The translations under genes were made by a program, and so were the position numbers. The notes beneath the pieces were generated by a model. It worked only from the letters and a program-made list of their open reading frames with translations, ran no database searches and was not told the origin of the DNA. A DNA stretch of 64,000 nucleotides from Gammaproteobacteria bacterium. Its GTDB lineage: Bacteria > Pseudomonadota > Gammaproteobacteria > SZUA-229. Below, in pieces: positions 40,082-49,484 of the stretch; within the stretch, counting starts at the first letter, position 1, and the number at the start of each line of letters is the position of its first letter. Location of the stretch: the NCBI GenBank assembly GCA_032251315.1, contig JAVVEE010000001.1, positions 50,035-114,034 on the forward strand, given 5' to 3'.

Positions 40082-40990
40082 ATGACCCGAACTTTTAACC
40101 AGTTATTCACTCACAGCGAGCAGTTGCAACCGCTGTTAAAACGCCTGCCCGTGGTGATCAATTTCCTGCTGATTATCGCCTGCGCGCAGCTGCTCTCGCA
40201 GGGCATCTGGATGCTGCTGGCTGAACCTGAATCTGAATTTTTCGCTGCCACCCCCTCGGCGAATTCGGGCACAGACAAAAACGCTGACAATGCCCAAAAA
40301 TCACAGCAGCAGGCTTTCCGCAGCCTGACCAGCGCTCATCTGTTCGGTGTTGCCCAAAATCAAGGCCCCCAGATGAGCGCTGAAAAAGCCCCCGATACAA
40401 AACTCAATCTGGTTTTGAGAGGCATCCTCACTGCAGGTGAAACGCAAATGGCCAGCGCCATTATCGCGCGGGGCGCCAACGGTCAGGAAGAGATCTACGG
40501 CATCGACGATAAAATGCCGGGGGGTATAACGCTCAGAGAGATCCACGCCCAACACGTCATTATCGAACGCCAGGGCCAGCTAGAAACCCTGCGCATGGAG
40601 AAAGACGAGGGTGATGACCTGATCTCCGCCCCAGTGGGCAGACCGCAGTCGTCCACTTCAACCATGTCCGCACTTGCCTCACAAAAAATAAAAAACATTC
40701 GCCGTGAACTGATCAGTAACCCGACCTCGTTCAGCAAGTACGCCCTGCCGGTCGTGGTCAGGGAAAATGGCGTACAGGTGGGCTATCGACTGCAACCCCA
40801 GCAAAACAGTGACCTGCTCAGGCAGGCGGGACTTGAAGCCTCCGATGTGATTACTTCGGTCAATGGCGTCAGCCTCAACGACATGAACAACAGCATTAGT
40901 GCCTTGAGAGAGCTGAGCTCAGCCAGCCAGGTCAACATTATCGTGAAACGTAATGGCGTCGAGATTCCCCTTAATATTCAGCTACAATAA
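40082..40990 (+). CDS. gspC: Type II secretion system protein C (PDZ domain)
   Basis: 302 aa; N-terminal TM, HR region and C-terminal PDZ (…GYRLQPQQNSDLLRQAGLEASDVITSVNGVSLND…); immediately upstream of gspD. Confidence 0.75.
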   Translation: MTRTFNQLFTHSEQLQPLLKRLPVVINFLLIIACAQLLSQGIWMLLAEPESEFFAATPSANSGTDKNADNAQKSQQQAFRSLTSAHLFGVAQNQGPQMSAEKAPDTKLNLVLRGILTAGETQMASAIIARGANGQEEIYGIDDKMPGGITLREIHAQHVIIERQGQLETLRMEKDEGDDLISAPVGRPQSSTSTMSALASQKIKNIRRELISNPTSFSKYALPVVVRENGVQVGYRLQPQQNSDLLRQAGLEASDVITSVNGVSLNDMNNSISALRELSSASQVNIIVKRNGVEIPLNIQLQ

Positions 40991-41027
40991 ACATTTTGGA
41001 TACACAAAAAGCAACAGGATTCTATGC

Positions 41028-43076
41028 ATGACCCGTTTAAGAATTAGCTCCGCCAGAGCACGACTGCCCGGCATCACCAGCAGCTTTATTTTATTGCTGC
41101 TGTTCAGCTTTTCGGCAATGGCGAATGAGATCACGCTCAACCTTAAAGATGCCGATATTCGAGCGCTGATCAGCACGGTTTCAAAATTCACCGGCAAGAA
41201 CTTCATCATCGACCCGCGTATCAAGGCCAAGGTGACGGTGGTCTCCGCCAACACCATGTCGCCGGATGAGGTCTACGAAGTTTTCCTTTCGGTGCTGCAG
41301 GTACACGGTTTCGCCGCCGTGCCGACTGGCTCGGTGATAAAAATCATTCCCGAGGTCAATGCCAAGCAGAGCGCCGTCCCCCTGTCAGTCAATGGCAAAC
41401 AGCTTGCCGATGACGAGCTGATCACCAAACTGATCCGCATGGATCATGTACCGGCGGCGCAACTGGTACCCATCCTGAGACCCCTGGTGCCGCAGCAGGG
41501 CCATCTGGCGGCTTATGCGCCCACCAACAGCCTGATCATTACCGACCGCGCCGGTAACATCGAGCGTCTGATGCAAATCATCGAGGGCGTTGATCGACCG
41601 GACACTGATGAGCTGGAAATCATTCCGCTCAAACATGCTTCGGCGACTGAGCTGGTGCGCATCGTCAACTCTCTGTACCAGACCAGCGGAGCCAAAAATG
41701 AGGCCAGTAAAATAAATATGGCCGCTGACGAGCGCACCAACAGCGTATTAATGTCGGGAGATCCCGCTGCGCGACTCAAGGCCCGTGCCACCATTGTTCA
41801 GCTGGATACCGCGCTGGAAACAGGTGGCGGCAATACCCACGTCATCTATCTCAAATATGCCGAGGCGGAAAATATGGTGCAGATCCTCACCGGCATTCAG
41901 AACGCGACATCTCAGTCACCGGGGACCAGAGGTTCGACGCCGGCGAGGGCTCCGGCAGCTGCCGCGAACGGTTCAACCGGCGTCTTTTCCCAGCTGGCGG
42001 ATATTCAGGCCGATAATGATACCAATGCGCTGATCATTACCGCCGACCCCAACACCCTGAAAAGCCTGAAGTCGGTTATCCGCCAGCTCGATATCCGCCG
42101 CGCTCAGGTGCTGATTGAAGCCATCATCGCCGAGATTACCGCCGGCAAAAGCCGCGAACTGGGCGTCGGCATGGCAGTCGACGGCTCACCCTCTGACGAT
42201 GATAATGTCCCGGTGGGCATGAGCAATTTCGGCGGCCTGGGTAATATTCTCGCCGCCGCCAGCGGTCTGACCACGGACCCCAGCTCTTTGCTGAGTCCCG
42301 GACTCACCCTCGGTGCCGGCAAGACCAGCAGCTCCGGCACCCGCTATGCGCTGCTGCTGCGGGCGCTGGCGACCGATGATTCCAGCAATATTCTCTCCAC
42401 CCCCAGCATCGTCACACTGGATAACGAAGAGGCCGAGATCATTGTGGGTGAAAATGTACCTTTCGTTACCGGCCAGTTCACCAACACCGGCAGCAGCGAT
42501 CCCAGCAACCCCTTCCAGACCATCGAGCGCCAGGATGTCGGCCTGACCCTGAGAGTCACGCCCCAGGTCAATGAGGGCGATACCATCAAGCTGGATCTGG
42601 AACAGGAGACCTCCAGCGTGATTCCCGGCAGTGAGGTCTCCGGCATTACCACCCGTAAACGTTCAATCAAAACCAGTGTGCTGGTGGATGATGGCGGTAT
42701 TCTGGTTCTGGGCGGCCTGATTCAGGAGACCATCAGCGAAGGCGAGAGCAAAGTTCCTCTGCTTGGTGATATCCCCCTGCTGGGCGCGCTGTTCAGATCC
42801 ACCTCCAGCAACAAGAGCAAACAGAACCTGATGGTTTTCCTACGCCCCAGCATTCTGCGCGATGATGCCGATGCGGCCTTTATCACCAATGAAAAATACA
42901 ATTACCTGCGCAGCCTGCAACTTCAGCCTGAAAAAGGCATAGCGGATGATGACACTCCGCTGCTGGAGCCCCTGAAGCCGGCGACGATTGATAAAGGCGA
43001 AGCCAAAAACCGACAAGAGGACCCCGTCAAAAACCAAAATGATTTTGAATGGGATGATGATGACCAATATTTCTGA
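41028..43076 (+). CDS. gspD: Type II secretion system secretin GspD
   Basis: Start at in-frame ATG (MTRLRISSARARLPGITSSFILLLLFSFSAMA signal peptide); N0-N3 domains; secretin core (…VLGGLIQETISEGESKVPLLGDIPLLGALF…) and S-domain. Confidence 0.9.
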   Translation: MTRLRISSARARLPGITSSFILLLLFSFSAMANEITLNLKDADIRALISTVSKFTGKNFIIDPRIKAKVTVVSANTMSPDEVYEVFLSVLQVHGFAAVPTGSVIKIIPEVNAKQSAVPLSVNGKQLADDELITKLIRMDHVPAAQLVPILRPLVPQQGHLAAYAPTNSLIITDRAGNIERLMQIIEGVDRPDTDELEIIPLKHASATELVRIVNSLYQTSGAKNEASKINMAADERTNSVLMSGDPAARLKARATIVQLDTALETGGGNTHVIYLKYAEAENMVQILTGIQNATSQSPGTRGSTPARAPAAAANGSTGVFSQLADIQADNDTNALIITADPNTLKSLKSVIRQLDIRRAQVLIEAIIAEITAGKSRELGVGMAVDGSPSDDDNVPVGMSNFGGLGNILAAASGLTTDPSSLLSPGLTLGAGKTSSSGTRYALLLRALATDDSSNILSTPSIVTLDNEEAEIIVGENVPFVTGQFTNTGSSDPSNPFQTIERQDVGLTLRVTPQVNEGDTIKLDLEQETSSVIPGSEVSGITTRKRSIKTSVLVDDGGILVLGGLIQETISEGESKVPLLGDIPLLGALFRSTSSNKSKQNLMVFLRPSILRDDADAAFITNEKYNYLRSLQLQPEKGIADDDTPLLEPLKPATIDKGEAKNRQEDPVKNQNDFEWDDDDQYF

Positions 43077-44571
43077 AGCCGCTGAAATCTCCCATGAGGT
43101 CTTAACGCCGCAACGGCTGCCTTATGCCTTCGCCAAGCGCCACGGTGTGTTGATCGGCCAGATAACCGATGATCAGGTTCAGATTCTGCATCGCGAGGAT
43201 TTCAGCCCGCTGATTCTGGCCGAAGTCAAACGCGCCACCGGCCGTAAGCTCAATCTGGCGCCGGCCTCCAACGAACAGTTCGCCGCGCTGCTGGCCCAGA
43301 CTTACGAGCAGGGCAGCGATCAGGCCATGGCCATGATGCAGGGCGTGGGTGATGAGCTCAACCTCGATGAGCTGGCCGGTTCACTGGAGCCGGAAGATCT
43401 GATGGAAGCGGATGATGATGCGCCCATTATTCGCCTGATCAATGCCCTGCTCACCGAAGCCATCAAGATCGATGCCTCAGATATTCATATTGAACCCTTT
43501 GAAAGCAAAATGCGCATACGCTTTCGCGTCGATGGTCTGCTGCGCGAGATACTGCAACCGCCCAGCAACATTGCACCGCTGGTGATTTCGCGCATCAAGG
43601 TCATGGCGAAAATGGATATCGCTGAAAAACGCCTGCCCCAGGATGGCCGCATCTCTCTGCGGGTTGCCGGGCGCTCGGTCGATGTCCGCGTCTCCACCCT
43701 GCCCTCGGGCTACGGCGAGCGGGTGGTGATGCGTCTGCTCGACAAACAGGCCGGGCGTATGGATCTGGAACAGCTGGGCATGGCCGAAGCCACCCGCGAC
43801 ACTTTCGACCAGCTATTACACAAGCCGCACGGCATTATTCTGGTCACCGGCCCGACCGGTTCGGGTAAAACCACCACGCTGTACGCCGGGCTGACCCGTC
43901 TCAACGTCAAGTCGCGCAACATTCTCACTGTCGAAGACCCTATTGAGTATTACATCTACGGCATCGGCCAGACCCAGGTCAACACCAAGGTCGACATGAG
44001 TTTTGCACGCGGCCTGCGCTCTATTCTGCGGCAGGATCCTGACGTGGTCATGATCGGTGAAATTCGCGACCTCGAAACCGCTTCGATTGCCGTGCAGGCC
44101 AGTCTGACCGGCCATCTGGTGATGTCCACGCTGCATACCAACACTGCCATCGGCGCCATCACCCGCCTGCGCGACATGGGTGTCGAACCTTTCCTGCTGG
44201 CTTCCAGTCTGGTGGGCGTGCTGGCACAACGGCTGGTGCGCAACCTCTGCCCCAACTGCCGAAAACCCCATGTTGCCAGCGACTCCGAGCGCCAGTGGCT
44301 GGGCATGAAAGCCGATGATATCACTCATATCTATACCGCCGAGGGCTGTGAAGCCTGCAACTATCAGGGCTATGCAGGCCGTAGCGGCCTGTATGAACTG
44401 GTCCCCATTGACGACACCCTGCTGGCTATGATTCACGACGGTGCCAGTGAACACGACATGGAAAAATATGCCCGCACCAAATCGCCCAGCCTGCGCCAGG
44501 ACGGGCGACGCATGATCCTGAAGGGCATCACCTCGCTGGAAGAGGTTATCCGGGTGAGTCGTGAAGATTAA
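43054..44571 (+). CDS. gspE: Type II secretion ATPase GspE
   Basis: Walker A GPTGSGKTT; tetracysteine CPNC…CEAC; N1E domain. Start is ambiguous among in-frame ATGs at 43039-43060, all overlapping the gspD 3' end. Confidence 0.9.
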   Translation: MMMTNISEAAEISHEVLTPQRLPYAFAKRHGVLIGQITDDQVQILHREDFSPLILAEVKRATGRKLNLAPASNEQFAALLAQTYEQGSDQAMAMMQGVGDELNLDELAGSLEPEDLMEADDDAPIIRLINALLTEAIKIDASDIHIEPFESKMRIRFRVDGLLREILQPPSNIAPLVISRIKVMAKMDIAEKRLPQDGRISLRVAGRSVDVRVSTLPSGYGERVVMRLLDKQAGRMDLEQLGMAEATRDTFDQLLHKPHGIILVTGPTGSGKTTTLYAGLTRLNVKSRNILTVEDPIEYYIYGIGQTQVNTKVDMSFARGLRSILRQDPDVVMIGEIRDLETASIAVQASLTGHLVMSTLHTNTAIGAITRLRDMGVEPFLLASSLVGVLAQRLVRNLCPNCRKPHVASDSERQWLGMKADDITHIYTAEGCEACNYQGYAGRSGLYELVPIDDTLLAMIHDGASEHDMEKYARTKSPSLRQDGRRMILKGITSLEEVIRVSRED

Positions 44572-44588
44572 TTCTGTGCGAGTAGATT

Positions 44589-45824
44589 ATGGCCGCCTTT
44601 GAATATATAGCGCTGGATAGCAGAGGCAGGGAGAAAAGGGGTGTCATCGAAGCCGACACCGCCCGGCAGGCACGCCAGCTTCTGCGCGATCAGGACCTGA
44701 CGCCACTGCAGATGGAAAACACCAAGGCATCGGAAAAGAAATCGAGCAAGACAGCTTCGTCACTGCATCAAATCAAGCTTTTTCAGCGCGGCATCAACTC
44801 CACCGAGCTGGCCCTGCTCACCCGGCAACTGGCCACGCTGATACAGGCGGCCCTGCCGTTGGAAGAATCGCTCTCGGCGGTGGCCAACCAGTCCGATAAA
44901 CCGCGCATCAAAAGCATGATGTACGCGATTCGCTCGAAGGTGCTGGAAGGCCATACCCTGGCCGCCGGACTGGCCGATTTCCCCAAGGTTTTCTCGCCCC
45001 TGTTCTGCGCCACCATCGATGCCGGCGAGAAATCCGGCCACCTCGATACCGTGCTGGAGCGGCTGGCCGACTACACCGAAACCCGGCAGGAGCTACAGAG
45101 CAAAGTCAGTCAGGCCATGATTTATCCCGTCTTTCTCACCGGCTTCGCCGTACTCATCGTCGGCTTCCTGATGGCCTATGTGGTGCCGCAGGTGGTGGCG
45201 GTATTCGAGGACATTGGCGAGGAGCTGCCCGGCCTGACGCTAGGGCTGATCAGCATCAGTGACTTCGTGGTCAACTTTGGCGTGTATGCTGTTTTCATAC
45301 TGATAGCGCTGATCATCGGCCTGAAAGTGCTGCTGCAGAAACCCCGCTATCAGGAGCGTTATCACCGCCTGTTGCTCAGGCTGCCACTCATACAGAAGCT
45401 GGTTCGTGGCCTGAATACCGCCCAGTTCACCCGCACTTTCAGTATTCTTTCCGGCAGCGGCGTAGCGGTACTGGAGGCGATGAAAATTTCGGCTCAGGTG
45501 GTCAGCAATCTGCCCCTGCGCAATGCCATCCTCGATGCCACTGACCGGGTCCGTGAAGGCAGCGGCATCAGCAAGTCAATGGCCAGCAGCCGGCTGTTCC
45601 CCCCTATCACCCTGCAGCTCATTGCCAGCGGTGAAAACAGCGGCAAGCTGGATGAGATGCTGCACCGCGCCTCCACTCAGCTGGAGCGTGAACAGGTCAC
45701 CCTGATCGCCTTCATCGTCGGCATCATGGAGCCGCTGATTATCAGCGTCATGGGGCTGCTGGTGTTACTGATTGTGCTTGGCATTCTGCTGCCCATTTTT
45801 GACCTGAACCAGCTGGTGAAATAA
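44589..45824 (+). CDS. gspF: Type II secretion inner-membrane platform protein GspF
   Basis: 411 aa; two GspF/PilC repeats; three TM. Confidence 0.9.
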   Translation: MAAFEYIALDSRGREKRGVIEADTARQARQLLRDQDLTPLQMENTKASEKKSSKTASSLHQIKLFQRGINSTELALLTRQLATLIQAALPLEESLSAVANQSDKPRIKSMMYAIRSKVLEGHTLAAGLADFPKVFSPLFCATIDAGEKSGHLDTVLERLADYTETRQELQSKVSQAMIYPVFLTGFAVLIVGFLMAYVVPQVVAVFEDIGEELPGLTLGLISISDFVVNFGVYAVFILIALIIGLKVLLQKPRYQERYHRLLLRLPLIQKLVRGLNTAQFTRTFSILSGSGVAVLEAMKISAQVVSNLPLRNAILDATDRVREGSGISKSMASSRLFPPITLQLIASGENSGKLDEMLHRASTQLEREQVTLIAFIVGIMEPLIISVMGLLVLLIVLGILLPIFDLNQLVK

Positions 45825-46400
45825 CCCCAACAGCAGCGCAGACACGCCCCCGCCTACGGCGCCATACAGATGCGCATCGGTGACCACGCGACCTGCGGCA
45901 AGCTCCTCCGAACCCGGCAGCGCACCGTACATGAGCTCCCAGAGCAACTTGCCCACCAGCAGAGCCATGAGCGCATAACCACTGGCGGGATAGAAACGTA
46001 TTTCGCGCACAGTGCCGTAAATGAACAGCCCATGCAGGATACCGGAGAGACCGACATAGGTGCTGACCTGCGGATTAAACCAGTACAGGCCGACGCCGAC
46101 AAACATTGCCGAGACCAGCATCACCAGCAACCAGTGAAAAACAGCGCCATAACTGCTGAAAAAAAAGGCCACAATCCCCAGACCGGCCATATTTAATCCC
46201 CAGTGCGCCCAGTTCAGATGTACTATGTTGCCGCTCAGCAGCAGCCAGTAGTGGCCCTGCTTGATCAGCTGTAGATCATAACGCCAGCCGGGTACCTGGC
46301 CACTGGCCTGCAAATAGGCGCTCAGCAGCAACACCAGCAACCACAGGCCATGGCTCCAGTGCATAGAAAGACGGTTTTGCATAGGCAGTTCGAGACGCAT
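45765..46400 (-). CDS. Rhomboid-family intramembrane serine protease, rhombosortase-like (about 211 aa, 6 TM)
   Basis: Rhomboid signatures: HLNWAHWGLNMAGL (TM2 H-x-x-x-N), GLSGILHG (GxSGxxxG catalytic Ser), AHLYGAVGG (catalytic His). Size is typical of rhombosortase. Antisense between gspF and gspG, with the 3' end overlapping gspF by 60 nt. Confidence 0.7.
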   Translation of the reverse strand: MRLELPMQNRLSMHWSHGLWLLVLLLSAYLQASGQVPGWRYDLQLIKQGHYWLLLSGNIVHLNWAHWGLNMAGLGIVAFFFSSYGAVFHWLLVMLVSAMFVGVGLYWFNPQVSTYVGLSGILHGLFIYGTVREIRFYPASGYALMALLVGKLLWELMYGALPGSEELAAGRVVTDAHLYGAVGGGVSALLLGLFHQLVQVKNGQQNAKHNQ

Positions 46401-46471
46401 TTGTTATCATTCCAACATTTATCAAGTGTGAACTTAAAAAGCTGGACGAACTCTAACGGGTTGCGTTACAA

Positions 46472-46954
46472 GTGGCAAAATATTATTCATCAGGAGTCAA
46501 AAGTTTGAAATCACAAATCAATATTCTCAAATCATACCAGCAGGGTTTTACCCTGATAGAACTGATGGTGGTGATTGTCATCCTTGGCATTCTGGCCGGG
46601 GTTGTAGTTCCTAAAATCATGGATAATCCGGATAAGGCGCGCGTCGCCAAGGCCAAACACGATATCTCCGCGCTGGGAAGCGCCCTGGATGTTTACCGTC
46701 TGGATAATTATTTCTACCCCACCACCGATCAGGGGCTGGAAGCACTGGTCAGCCAGCCCAGCGGCAATCCTGAACCGGCCAACTGGAAAGCCGGCGGCTA
46801 CATTAAGAAGCTGAACAAAGATCCCTGGGGCAACGATTACCTGTACCTGAGTCCGGGGCAACACGGTGAGCTCGATATTTATTCACTGGGCGCCGATGGT
46901 GCACCTGGCGGTGAAGGCGTATCCGCCGATATCGGTTCATGGGAAATTGAATAA
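46472..46954 (+). CDS. gspG: Type II secretion major pseudopilin GspG
   Basis: …[26 protein letters not shown]… prepilin-type N-terminus. The alternative TTG start at 46505 with AGGAG 8 nt upstream would give a 14-aa leader instead of 25. Confidence 0.9.
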   Translation: MAKYYSSGVKSLKSQINILKSYQQGFTLIELMVVIVILGILAGVVVPKIMDNPDKARVAKAKHDISALGSALDVYRLDNYFYPTTDQGLEALVSQPSGNPEPANWKAGGYIKKLNKDPWGNDYLYLSPGQHGELDIYSLGADGAPGGEGVSADIGSWEIE

Positions 46955-46980
46955 CCCAAAACTCAATTCACGTGTTTGCA

Positions 46981-47519
46981 ATGAAGGTTCGAGCAGGGTA
47001 AATGGATTTACCCTGCTCGAACTGATGATTGTTCTGGTCATTGTTTCGATCCTTTTCACCTTTGTCTCATTCACCATTCGCGGCCATTCCCCCGAAGAGT
47101 CAATGGCGGAAGAGGCGCGTCGACTTGATCGCCTGGTACAACTGGTGCTGGAAGAGGCGGTGCTGAAAAACACCGAATACGGGCTTGAATTCAAACGCCA
47201 CAGTTACCGCTTTCTGAGCTACGAAGACGAGCAGTGGCGCGCTGTTAGCGGCGACCGCCTGCTGCGCGAACGGCAGCTGCCCAACGAGATGGAGATCGAA
47301 CTGGCCATCGAGCAACTGGATGTCGTCATCGGGGAGCCCTCTGAACAAAATGACAGCGAGCGCACAGAGGAGGAGCTCAAACCCCAGGTCTTCCTGCTCT
47401 CCAGCGAAGAGATTACGCCTGAATTCACCGTCTATTTCAGCATTCGCGGCATCGCCACCGGTTATCAGGTCAGCGGCAGCATCGACGGCAAACACGAGGC
47501 CAGGCAGAGTGATTTTTAA
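46981..47519 (+). CDS. gspH: Type II secretion minor pseudopilin GspH, with an apparent 1-nt deletion or frameshift at the 5' end
   Basis: The mature part (…VNG|FTLLELMIVLVIVSILF…) is in frame 0 but has no in-frame start codon. ATG at 46981 in the +1 frame gives MKVRAG then TAA. Adding one G to the GGG run at 46996-46998 yields MKVRAGVNGFTLLE…. Confidence 0.6.
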
Positions 47520-47904
47520 ACGCCCCCCTCACACCTTTAACCGACACCGTAACGGCGGCTTCACGCTGATCGAGGTGCTGATCGCGCTCACCATTATCGC
47601 CATTTCGCTGGGCGCGCTGATGAGCGCTTCGGGCAATCAGGCCTACCAGACCGGCTACCTGAAACAGAAAACCCTGGCCCACTGGGTGGCCATGAACGAG
47701 ATGACCCAGCTGCAACTGGAGGAGGAATGGCCGGCGCTGGGTGAACGCAAGGGCAGTTCAGAGATGGCCGGTGCCGAATGGTTCTGGCTGCGCACGGTGA
47801 AAGAGACGCAGGATGACAATGCCCGCGGGGTTGAACTAGAGGTGTTTGCCGACAAAAACCACAAACAGAACCTGACCCGTTTAATGGGCTATGTGAACAG
47901 ATAA
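47509..47904 (+). CDS. gspI: Type II secretion minor pseudopilin GspI
   Basis: GTG start overlapping gspH stop; leader MIFKRPPHTFNRHRNGG|FTLIEVLIALTIIAISLGAL. Confidence 0.8.
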   Translation: MIFKRPPHTFNRHRNGGFTLIEVLIALTIIAISLGALMSASGNQAYQTGYLKQKTLAHWVAMNEMTQLQLEEEWPALGERKGSSEMAGAEWFWLRTVKETQDDNARGVELEVFADKNHKQNLTRLMGYVNR

Positions 47905-48546
47905 ATGCAGCCGCGCCCAACTCATTCTCTACAGGCCAAACGTTCCTCCTGCCGTGGCTTTACCCTGATCGAACTGCTGATCGCCATCGCCGTGTTCTCG
48001 GTCATGTCGGTGATGGCCTACGGTGGCCTCAGTCAGATTATTCAGAACAGCAGCCACTCAAAACTGGAGTTGCAACGCTTACAGTCGATTCAACGCGCGG
48101 TGCTCAGCATCAGCCGGGATCTCACCCAGGTGATCGAACGTGATATTCGCGATGAATACGGCAACACTCAGCCTTTTTTTGCGGCCGGCAACAGCATTGA
48201 TTACCTGCTCGAGTTTACCCGCAACGGGCGACGCAATCCGGCCGGATTGCAGCGCAGCCATCTGTTGCGCGTCGCCTATCAGCACGAGGATGGAAAGCTG
48301 TTGCGCCTGTTCTGGCCCCAGCTCGACCGGGCGCAAGGCATGGAGCCCTACGAAAGCATTCTGCTGGAGCAGGTGACGGCGGTGGAGTTACGTTACCGCG
48401 ATGATGCCGGAGAGTGGCATTCGACATGGCCGCCGCTCAATGCTCAACAGGCCGGGGATAATCCATCCCGACTCAGCGCCATTGAGTTCACCCTGGAGCT
48501 GGAAAACTGGGGTGAGATCAGCCGGCTTTATCAGGTGGGCGGCTGA
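47905..48546 (+). CDS. gspJ: Type II secretion minor pseudopilin GspJ
   Basis: 213 aa; …SSCRG|FTLIELLIAIAVFSVMSVMAYGGL…. Confidence 0.85.
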   Translation: MQPRPTHSLQAKRSSCRGFTLIELLIAIAVFSVMSVMAYGGLSQIIQNSSHSKLELQRLQSIQRAVLSISRDLTQVIERDIRDEYGNTQPFFAAGNSIDYLLEFTRNGRRNPAGLQRSHLLRVAYQHEDGKLLRLFWPQLDRAQGMEPYESILLEQVTAVELRYRDDAGEWHSTWPPLNAQQAGDNPSRLSAIEFTLELENWGEISRLYQVGG

Positions 48547-49484
48547 TGAGATTACCTGCTGCACAGAAAGGCGTGGCTCTGATCACGGCGCTGCTGATTG
48601 TTGCTCTGGCTGCCGTGATCAGCGTTGAGCTGAGCATGCGCTTGCAGCTGGACATCCGCCGCTCCGGCAATGTCATCGCCAGCGACCAGGCCCTGCTCTA
48701 CCTGAAACATGCAGAATACTATGCCCGCCGTACTTTAAAAGAAGATCGCCTGGACAATAATTATGATTCTCTGGATGAAGACTGGGCTATGGAACTGCCC
48801 CCCTTTCCGGTCGAAGGCGGCAGCGTTTTGGGCAGGCTGACCGACCTGCAGGGCTGCTTCAATCTGAATTCGCTATATTACAACGAGCAGCCGAATGCCC
48901 TCGCCCAGCAACGCTTTAACCGCCTGATGCAACGCCTTCCCAGCCCGCCGGTCACGGATCTTTCTCAGGCCATTATCGACTGGATCGATGCCAATCCCGA
49001 CACCACCCTGCCCGATGGCGCGGAAGATAGCTACTACCTCAATCAGGAGCGGCCTTACCGCAGTGCCGGCCAGCCGTTACTGAGCCTGAGCGAGTTACGC
49101 CTGATCAAAGGTTTTACCGATGGCGAGATCATGCAGCGAAGCGAAAGTTTTCTGTGTGCCTTTGGCCCGCCTGCGGATATCAACGTCAACACAGCGCCGG
49201 CAGAAGTGCTAGAATCGCTGGCAGCCAATATTAGCACTGCGATGGTCGCAGACATCATCGTTCAAAGGCAGACTAATCCTTCCCAGACAATGCAAGAATT
49301 TCTGAGCGACTACAATCTTTCTACGGTCATCACCGATACCGCCGGACTCTCTGTCAGCAGCGATTATTTTCTACTGGAGAGCGAAGCCCGAATTGGTCAG
49401 GCCAGAACCCTGATGTACAGCATTATTCATCGCGAAAATAATGGCGACACGCAGGTAATAGCGCGTTCACAGGGGGCTTATTAG
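48546..49484 (+). CDS. gspK: Type II secretion minor pseudopilin GspK
   Basis: 312 aa; N-terminal …KGVALITALLIVALAAVISVELS… and GspK helix-hairpin-helix-like C-terminal domains. Confidence 0.85.
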   Translation: MRLPAAQKGVALITALLIVALAAVISVELSMRLQLDIRRSGNVIASDQALLYLKHAEYYARRTLKEDRLDNNYDSLDEDWAMELPPFPVEGGSVLGRLTDLQGCFNLNSLYYNEQPNALAQQRFNRLMQRLPSPPVTDLSQAIIDWIDANPDTTLPDGAEDSYYLNQERPYRSAGQPLLSLSELRLIKGFTDGEIMQRSESFLCAFGPPADINVNTAPAEVLESLAANISTAMVADIIVQRQTNPSQTMQEFLSDYNLSTVITDTAGLSVSSDYFLLESEARIGQARTLMYSIIHRENNGDTQVIARSQGAY

